From an uncultured Isosphaeraceae bacterium (GTDB lineage: Bacteria > Planctomycetota > Phycisphaerae > Phycisphaerales > SM1A02): a stretch of 15,790 nucleotides of DNA. The stretch lies in assembly GCA_964555625.1 (NCBI GenBank), contig CAZKTE010000042.1:1-15790 (forward strand). The letters are read 5' to 3'. This document shows, one piece after another, positions 7,581-12,872 of this stretch. Made by a program: the position numbers and the translations under genes. The notes under the pieces are model-generated. The model saw only the letters and a list, made by a program, of their open reading frames with translations, ran no database searches and was not told where the DNA came from. How positions within the stretch are numbered: the first letter of the stretch is position 1; each line of letters starts with the position of its first letter.

Positions 7581-8366
7581 TCAGAACTGCTTATGCAACG
7601 GCCGTGCCTTCTCGGGCTTGATGCCAAGGATCGATCGCACGAGTTCAAGGTCCCTTGGCCTGGTCACCTTGATGTTCGTCGCATCCCCCTCGATCACGTG
7701 GACCGACTCACCAAGGCGCTCGACGGCCACTGCATCGTCGCTACACCCGTCAAGGTCCGCCTGGGCATATGCGCGACGAAGCAGGTCCGCATCGAAAACC
7801 TGCGGCGTTTGGATCTCCCACAGGCCATCGCGGGGGATGGTGCGCTCCACCCGATGGGCATGCACCGTAGCTCGCGTGTCCTCGCCGAGGATGGCGTCGG
7901 CAACCGCATCCTCGTCGCCGAGTTCGGCGGCGTTCGACTCGGCGATCTTCATCGTGGCGGTGACCCTGATGCCCGGGACCACGGCAGGAAGCGTCTCGCT
8001 GGCCAGCAGGAGCTGTTCGATCAATTCGCCACCCACGGCCGGGCGGGCGGCATCATGCACGGCGATGCGATCCGCGTCGGAATCGACTCCCTCGATTGCA
8101 GCCTTGACGCTCTGCCAGCGATGGTCGCTGCCACCGGCAACGATCGACACTCCGTGAAATGAGAGCGCCGCCCCGAAGCGGTCCTTGAAGGCGTCAAGAT
8201 CGTCTGGCGGTCCGGCGACAACCACCTGTGTCACCTCATCGCGCTTCGTGAAGCACTCGACAGTCCGCAGCAGCAGTGGCCGCCCGCCGAGGTCCTGCTG
8301 CAACTTGCAGCGATCCCCGAATCGGCGGCTGGCCCCGGCGGCCGGAATAATGACGGAGACGCGCAC
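7581..8366 (-). CDS. ispD: 2-C-methyl-D-erythritol 4-phosphate cytidylyltransferase family protein (IspD-like nucleotidyltransferase)
   Basis: GTG start. VIIPAAGASRRFG....K matches IspD VVPAAGFGRRM..PKQ. VHDAARP and NIKVTRPRDLEL match E. coli NIKVTRPEDLAL. 261 aa with a short C-terminal tail. No SD is evident. The stop lies 7 nt upstream of the GT2 ATG. Confidence 0.88.
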   Translation of the reverse strand: MRVSVIIPAAGASRRFGDRCKLQQDLGGRPLLLRTVECFTKRDEVTQVVVAGPPDDLDAFKDRFGAALSFHGVSIVAGGSDHRWQSVKAAIEGVDSDADRIAVHDAARPAVGGELIEQLLLASETLPAVVPGIRVTATMKIAESNAAELGDEDAVADAILGEDTRATVHAHRVERTIPRDGLWEIQTPQVFDADLLRRAYAQADLDGCSDDAVAVERLGESVHVIEGDATNIKVTRPRDLELVRSILGIKPEKARPLHKQF

Positions 8367-8484
8367 AGAGCCATGCTAGTGGCGCTCGGATGGGATGTCG
8401 AAAGAGGGCAGCCGCTCCTCGAAGCGGCACCTGGGCGCGTTAGGGTCCTTCGCGGGGCAATGGGGCCCCGGGAGAGGTCACATC

Positions 8485-8910
8485 ATGCTTCGTACTCGCC
8501 TGCTTTCCTGTCTGATGCCTCTGTGCGTCCTGATCCATCTGGGTGGCACACCGCTGACCGTGCTGCCAGGATGTCCCGTGCCGATCATCGGCACCTGCCC
8601 GGATGGAACCGCCTGGACGCCGCTCGCAAGCGCGGCCATCTGGGAAGCCATCACGCAGTGGCAGACCTGCATGGCCGCCGCCGACGCGCGCTATCGCCAG
8701 CGCTTGCACCTGCTGGGTGCGGGCGTGCGCCCCGGCCGGCCGATGATCTGCTTCAGATCCCTGATGCTGCGCTGGCCTCCGTGGCTTGAGGACCTCTTGG
8801 CGGCGCTGGCCGCCCGTGCCCATGATCGGGCCCAATGCAACGCGGCGCTGCTGGCCGTCTTGGCGGATGAGCGGCGCCGCATCTGCGGAGAAGATCCAGC
8901 GGGTACCTAG
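8485..8910 (+). CDS. Hypothetical small secreted Cys-containing protein (141 aa)
   Basis: A strong SD, GGGAGAGG (8470-8477), sits 7 nt before the ATG at 8485. N-terminus MLRTRLLSCLMPLCVLIHLGG is signal-peptide-like. GC3-rich codons run throughout and the ORF ends in TAG at 8908-8910. The ORF-track start at 8395 has no SD and adds a non-hydrophobic leader. No homology recognised. Confidence 0.45.
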   Translation: MLRTRLLSCLMPLCVLIHLGGTPLTVLPGCPVPIIGTCPDGTAWTPLASAAIWEAITQWQTCMAAADARYRQRLHLLGAGVRPGRPMICFRSLMLRWPPWLEDLLAALAARAHDRAQCNAALLAVLADERRRICGEDPAGT

Positions 8911-8919
8911 CACGGGAGT

Positions 8920-8944
8920 ACAGGGGCCCTGGAAGGGCCCCTGT
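8920..8944. terminator. Perfect 10-bp-stem hairpin (ACAGGGGCCC-tggaa-GGGCCCCTGT) between the convergent small ORF and tRNA-Leu
   Basis: The left arm at 8920-8929 is the exact reverse complement of the right arm at 8935-8944. No T-run follows on either strand, so it could be a bidirectional or intrinsic-like terminator, or a tRNA 3'-processing determinant. Confidence 0.4.
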
Positions 8945-8948
8945 TGCA

Positions 8949-9032
8949 TACCGGAGGTGGGACTCGAACCCACACTCCCTTGCGGGAATCGGATTTTGAA
9001 TCCGACGCGTCTGCCAATTCCGCCACTCCGGC
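8949..9032 (-). tRNA. tRNA-Leu (anticodon CAA), class II with long variable arm, 84 nt, CCA not encoded
   Basis: Minus-strand sequence GCCGGAG TG GCG GAATTGGCAGA CGC G TCGGA TTCAAAA TCCGA TTCCCGCAAGGGAGT GTGGG TTCGAGT CCCAC CTCCGGT A. The D-arm is almost identical to E. coli tRNA-Leu (UGGCGGAAUUGGUAGACGCG). The anticodon loop is UUCAAAA with CAA at positions 34-36. Variable-arm hairpin CCC/GGG, T-loop TTCGAGT. The acceptor stem has a G1-U72 wobble if the ends are as called. Confidence 0.9.
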
Positions 9033-9150
9033 CGGGATAGGGCATGCTAACACCCCCAGCACCCCGTTTTAGGGTTGTGTCGGCCCCGTCGTGGTCTACG
9101 ATGAGATGATCGATCCCCGCCGCTGCGGGGCGCGGAAGGAGAAGGACCCG

Positions 9151-12100
9151 ATGCCACGCCTCACACGATCACTCACGCTGCTGTCTGCATGCGCACTTCT
9201 GGCCACTGCAGTCATCGCCGCACCACCGCGCCCCACTGCGCAGGACCGATGGCAGTTGGACGTTCCGCGGCCTGCGCGATCAGAGACGAGTCGTGGCCTC
9301 CTGTTTGAACCATGCGATGCGGCAGCACTTGCCGTCACCGACAGCCTCTCCATCGACATCGTGGCGGGAAACAGCGTCGTCTGCTGGAGCGGCTCAGGGA
9401 CAGCCGAGCACCACTACGGCCGCAGCCACGACCTCTCGAGTTACTCGTCGACCGCCGGATTGGCACTAGAGGCGACCTGCGCGCACTTTGGGCTGGCCGC
9501 CCAGGCCGAGAGCTCCGTGGGCACCATCACGATCTACCGCGACACGGACGGGATGGCCGGGCCGCAGGGCGGCGGCGGCGATCTGTGGCCGCTTGGCTCG
9601 ACCTCCGTGAACCTACCTGCGACGTCGACGCCGCTGTACGTGACGGGGACGTTTGATCCCCCGATCGCGTTGCTTGCCGATGACCTGCTCTTCATCGAGT
9701 TGACGGTACCTGCAAGCGCTCTGGCTCAGGCTCACGAGGTCGGCAGCAACAGCGGTGGCGAACTCTCTTCGTCCTGGCTGCGCACCGGCGGCGGCGAGTG
9801 CGGCATTGGTTCCTGGATTACGCCCGGACAGATTGGCTACCCGAACATGCACCTCGTCGAGGTGCTGGAGCTCCAGGAGTCCGTTGTTCCAGATCCCTGC
9901 GACGATCCCCTTCGTGCTTGCGCCGAGGACGTGGACGACAGTGGCGCGGTCGCCGTGAGTGACCTTCTGGCCATCATCGCTAACTGGGGTCAGTGCGGCG
10001 ACGGCACCTATCGGCCCGTGGGCGATGTTGCACCGGCACCCAACGGCGACTGCTGCGTCGGCGTCGCCGATGTGCTGGCGGTCATTGCAGCATGGGGCGA
10101 GGAGTGCGGCGGGGGCGGCGGAAAGTTCGCCATCAACGAAATCAGAGTCGACCAGGACGGTGAAGATCTGGACGAGTTTGCTGAGATTGCCGGACCAGCG
10201 GGCATCTCGCTTGACGAGTTCTACTACCTGGTCATCGGCGACGGCGCCGGAGGCGGCGGCGTCATCGAAGAGGTCGTGGATCTCTCCGGGCAGGTCATCG
10301 CCGCCGACGGGCTCTTCACGTTCGGCGAGGACACGATGACCACCGGCACGCCGGACATGGTCGTCGACGGCCTCAACTTCGAGAACTCCGACAACGTCAC
10401 CCACATGCTCGTGCAGGGCTTCAGCGGCGCCGAGTACGACGACCTCGATATCGATGACGACGGTGTCCTGGACGTGGAACCGTGGGAGGCCATCGTGGAC
10501 GCGGTGTCACTGGTCGAGCCCGATCCCGATGGTGGCGTGGGTGATCCGTGGTATGCCCAGCCGCTGGGACCGGTCGGATACTGGCCCCCCTCCCACGTCT
10601 ATCGATGCCCTGATCTGGATGGCGAGTGGCGCATCGGCGTCTACGCCTCCCTGGCGATCGATTCGCCGGGCGAGTCGAATCAGCCCACCTGCGATCTGCC
10701 CGACGCCGACGGTGACGGCATCGCCGATGTAGTGGACAACTGCTACCTGTTCAATCCCGACCAATGGGACTGCAACGACAACGGCACAGGCGACGAGTGT
10801 GACATCGCAGACGGCGTATCGCAGGACTGCAACGCAAACGGTGTGCCCGATGAGTGTGACGATGACTGCAACGCCAACGGCGTACCTGATGAATGCGATA
10901 TCGCAAATGGCACCAGTTCTGACTGCGACGCAAACGGCGTGCCGGATGACTGCCAGCCCGACTGCAACGAAAACGGCATCGCAGACGCATGCGACATCGC
11001 GAATGGTGACAGCAGCGATGACAACGCCAACGGCATCCCTGACGAGTGCGAGACGGACGTCATCGCTTACACCAGTTTCGAGGAGCCGAGTCTGGGCGGG
11101 CAGTACGTTGATACCGGCGATGCGTCGGTGGACCACGAGTTGGTCAACAACGACGGTCAGGCGATGGTGGCATGGACAGCCAGTGGCGCTGAGATGGGCT
11201 TCAGCGCCTGGTACTGGAACACGCGTGATGACGTTGGCCTCACCGATGGGGATTGGGTCGGTACGACCGACTACTCTGGCAACGTCGGGGAGTACCCCGA
11301 CGGAACGCAGGGTTACGAGCTCAGCGACTGTGATGGCGCCATGGAACTCCGCCTTGACACCGTAACTACCAGCGGCAGCTGGAACATCGCGATGGATGTC
11401 TTTGTCGTGGAGACGGGCTGGGAGAGCGAGGACTCCATCGTCATCTCGGCAATCGTCGACGGCGGTGCGGTCGTCACGCTGCTGGACACAACCGGCACCG
11501 ACATTGATGACCTAGGCATCGAGGGCGCATGGTTCACATTGATAGAGGACCTCTCAGCCTACACCGAAGCGACTCTCTCAGTTCGGCTCGACAGTAACAG
11601 CGGCTACGAAGCGGTCTTCGTAGACAACGTGCGATTCAGCAGCGCGGCGTTCAAGGACACGGACGGCGACGGCGTGCCTGATTCAATCGACAACTGCTAC
11701 CTCTACAACCCAGACCAGGCCGACTGTGACGGGGACGGTGTTGGAGACGTCTGCGAGATCGCCGACGGCACCAGTGACGACTGCGACGGCGATGGCGTCC
11801 CCGATGACTGCCAAGCCGACTGCAACGGCAATGGCGTAGCCGATACCTGCGACATCGCCAATGGCGATAGCAGTGATGACAATGGAAACGGGATTCCAGA
11901 CGAGTGCGAGGGTGGCGATGCATCGATGGTGATCACGGCCGTCTTCGACGGCCCGCTATCGGGCGGGACGCCCAAGGGTGTCGAGCTCTACGTCCTCGCG
12001 GACATCGCCGACCTTGGTGCCTACGGGATCGGGTCCGCCAACAACGGCGGTGGAAGCGATGGCGTCGAGTTCACCTTCCCATCGGGCAGCGTGGCCGCTG

Positions 12101-12441
12101 GCACCTTCATCTACGTTTCCAGCGAGGCAGAGAACTTCGCGGCCTACTTCGGCTTCGCGGCCGACTACTCGAGCGGCGCGATGAGCATCAACGGCGATGA
12201 CGCCGTGGAGTTGTTTAACGGGACAGCAGTGATCGACGTCTTCGGCGACATCAATGCCGATGGCAACGGAACCAAGTGGGAGTACCTCGATGGCTGGGCC
12301 TATCGCCTTGGCGGCGTGGCTCCAAATGGGGGGACCTTCGGCGTCGGCGACTTCACCTACAGCGGCCCAGGTGCCCTCGACGGGTGCACCACAAACGGCA
12401 GCTGCACGTCGATAATCCCCGTGGGCACCTGGCTGCCCTAG
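9151..12441 (+). CDS. Giant secreted modular protein 1 (about 1096 aa): signal peptide, N-terminal domain, dockerin-like Cys-containing EF-hand pair, lamin-tail-like domain, thrombospondin type-3 repeat array, CBM-like beta-sandwich, second TSP3 array, C-terminal lamin-tail-like domain
   Basis: ATG at 9151 preceded by GGAAGGAGAAGGA. The signal peptide is MPRLTRSLTLLSACALLATAVIAAP. The dockerin-like pair is DDSGAVAVSDLLAIIANWGQC ... PNGDCCVGVADVLAVIAAWGEEC (approx 9925-10104). LTD-like 1 begins FAINEIRVDQDGEDLDEFAEI...VVDLSGQVIAADGLF (approx 10126-10326). The first TSP3 region (10699-11049) has a canonical unit DADGDGIADVVDNCYLFNPDQ and then repeated DCNANGVPDECD half-units. The second TSP3 region (11656-11910) begins DTDGDGVPDSIDNCYLYNPDQADCDGDGVGDVCE. 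C-terminal LTD-like 2 (approx 11926-12375) begins ITAVFDGPLSGGTPKGVELYVLADIADLGAYGI. No C-terminal sorting signal is recognised. The ORF-track GTG at 9091 lacks an SD. Confidence 0.85.
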   Translation: MPRLTRSLTLLSACALLATAVIAAPPRPTAQDRWQLDVPRPARSETSRGLLFEPCDAAALAVTDSLSIDIVAGNSVVCWSGSGTAEHHYGRSHDLSSYSSTAGLALEATCAHFGLAAQAESSVGTITIYRDTDGMAGPQGGGGDLWPLGSTSVNLPATSTPLYVTGTFDPPIALLADDLLFIELTVPASALAQAHEVGSNSGGELSSSWLRTGGGECGIGSWITPGQIGYPNMHLVEVLELQESVVPDPCDDPLRACAEDVDDSGAVAVSDLLAIIANWGQCGDGTYRPVGDVAPAPNGDCCVGVADVLAVIAAWGEECGGGGGKFAINEIRVDQDGEDLDEFAEIAGPAGISLDEFYYLVIGDGAGGGGVIEEVVDLSGQVIAADGLFTFGEDTMTTGTPDMVVDGLNFENSDNVTHMLVQGFSGAEYDDLDIDDDGVLDVEPWEAIVDAVSLVEPDPDGGVGDPWYAQPLGPVGYWPPSHVYRCPDLDGEWRIGVYASLAIDSPGESNQPTCDLPDADGDGIADVVDNCYLFNPDQWDCNDNGTGDECDIADGVSQDCNANGVPDECDDDCNANGVPDECDIANGTSSDCDANGVPDDCQPDCNENGIADACDIANGDSSDDNANGIPDECETDVIAYTSFEEPSLGGQYVDTGDASVDHELVNNDGQAMVAWTASGAEMGFSAWYWNTRDDVGLTDGDWVGTTDYSGNVGEYPDGTQGYELSDCDGAMELRLDTVTTSGSWNIAMDVFVVETGWESEDSIVISAIVDGGAVVTLLDTTGTDIDDLGIEGAWFTLIEDLSAYTEATLSVRLDSNSGYEAVFVDNVRFSSAAFKDTDGDGVPDSIDNCYLYNPDQADCDGDGVGDVCEIADGTSDDCDGDGVPDDCQADCNGNGVADTCDIANGDSSDDNGNGIPDECEGGDASMVITAVFDGPLSGGTPKGVELYVLADIADLGAYGIGSANNGGGSDGVEFTFPSGSVAAGTFIYVSSEAENFAAYFGFAADYSSGAMSINGDDAVELFNGTAVIDVFGDINADGNGTKWEYLDGWAYRLGGVAPNGGTFGVGDFTYSGPGALDGCTTNGSCTSIIPVGTWLP
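10699..11049 (+). repeat. In-frame coding tandem repeats: thrombospondin type-3-like Asp-rich Ca-binding units (D-C-N-x-N-G-[VI]-P-D-[ED]-C-[DE]), about 9 units; second array at 11656-11910
   Basis: Repeated DCNANGVPDECD, DCDANGVPDDCQ, DCNENGIADACD and NANGIPDECE are visible in the translation. Near-identical 36-nt DNA units are seen (gactgcaacgc[a/c]aacgg[t/c]gt[g/a]cc[c/t]gatga[g/a]tg[t/c]ga[c/t]). These are protein repeats, not CRISPR: there are no spacers and they are in frame. Confidence 0.8.
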
Positions 12442-12659
12442 GCCTTCGCGTCACATTGGGTAAGTCGTAGGGGCCACGGCGGCCTCAGGCTGCAACCGGG
12501 CCCTGCATAGCCCCGTAGAACATCACAGATGGGCGTACTGCCTCCTTGACAGCCCCCCCCGTGGGGGCCACAGTAGGGGGTGATGACCCTAATCGGATCG
12601 GTCGTCGACGGCCTCGTTCGTTCCCCAAATAGGTCACGGCGATCCACCCCGAGTGCGTT

Positions 12660-12675
12660 CATCAGTCGACTGATG
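12660..12675. promoter_or_regulatory. 16-bp perfect palindrome CATCAGTCGACTGATG, candidate operator about 200 bp upstream of giant protein 2
   Basis: CATCAGTC/GACTGATG is an exact inverted repeat with no spacer, seen directly in the sequence. The expected number of such exact 8+8 palindromes by chance in a 431-bp intergenic region is about 0.007. Confidence 0.3.
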
Positions 12676-12724
12676 GTCGGCAACGCGTAGCCTCCGCCCC
12701 TTTGGTTGCGTCGCGCTGACTGAG

Positions 12725-12749
12725 GAGAGAAGGTCGAGAGAAGGATCGA
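12725..12749 (+). promoter_or_regulatory. Tandem direct repeat GAGAGAAGG(T)TCGA / GAGAGAAGG(A)TCGA with 11-bp phasing
   Basis: GAGAGAAGG occurs at 12725-12733 and again at 12736-12744, each followed by (A)TCGA. Two half-sites one helical turn apart, about 130 bp upstream of the start codon, suggest a direct-repeat regulator binding site such as a response regulator. Confidence 0.25.
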
Positions 12750-12835
12750 CCGACATTTAAGCGATTGGTTCCGACTTCGGTACCCAACCTTCTCGCGCAA
12801 TTGTTGTGTGTTCGGTGCGTTCGCGCATCGATCAA

Positions 12836-12847
12836 GTGAATGTTCAC
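12836..12847. promoter_or_regulatory. Inverted repeat GTGAA-tg-TTCAC, 8 nt upstream of the AGGAGGGG Shine-Dalgarno of giant protein 2
   Basis: A 5+5 perfect inverted repeat with a 2-bp spacer. It contains the alternative ATG at 12840 and sits between the AT-richer putative promoter region and the RBS. Confidence 0.2.
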
Positions 12848-12872
12848 GAAACTCAGGAGGGGATTCATTCCC

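Noticed and set aside
7574-7648. ORF-track TTG start at 7648 for the GT2 gene
   Set aside because: The 25-aa extension is S/R-rich with no function, overlaps the ispD C-terminus in another frame, and has only AGGGA 2 nt upstream (too close). ATG at 7573 gives the standard Dpm1-like N-terminus.
7539-8162. 207-aa plus-strand ORF antisense to ispD
   Set aside because: The ispD reading frame has clear family motifs. The antisense product is low complexity.
8440-9045. 201-aa minus-strand ORF and 84-aa plus-strand ORF covering 8786-9045
   Set aside because: They run straight through the tRNA-Leu gene and the terminator hairpin, so they are not coding.
8949-9150. Possible genomic island integrated at tRNA-Leu
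   Set aside because: No direct repeat of the tRNA 3' end, no integrase and no mobility genes are present. The DNA on the tRNA 3' side is housekeeping (ispD, GT2, uvrA). The giant protein genes lie on the tRNA 5' side.
10699-11049. Regularly spaced 36-nt DNA repeats that could look CRISPR-like
   Set aside because: They are in-frame coding repeats for DCNxNGxPDxCD units with no unique spacers. No cas genes or leader are present.
9613-11136. Minus-strand ORFs (263 aa, 209 aa) inside giant protein 1
   Set aside because: They are the antisense of Asp/Gly-rich repeats and give Val/Ala/Arg-rich nonsense. The plus-strand frame has a signal peptide, an SD and coherent domains.
12840-12872. ORF-track start at 12840 for giant protein 2 (would give a KLRRGFIP twin-arginine-like motif)
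   Set aside because: No Shine-Dalgarno precedes it, whereas AGGAGGGG precedes the ATG at 12873, which already yields a typical Sec signal peptide. A protein with about 40 extracellular cysteines is an unlikely Tat substrate. It is kept only as an alternative.
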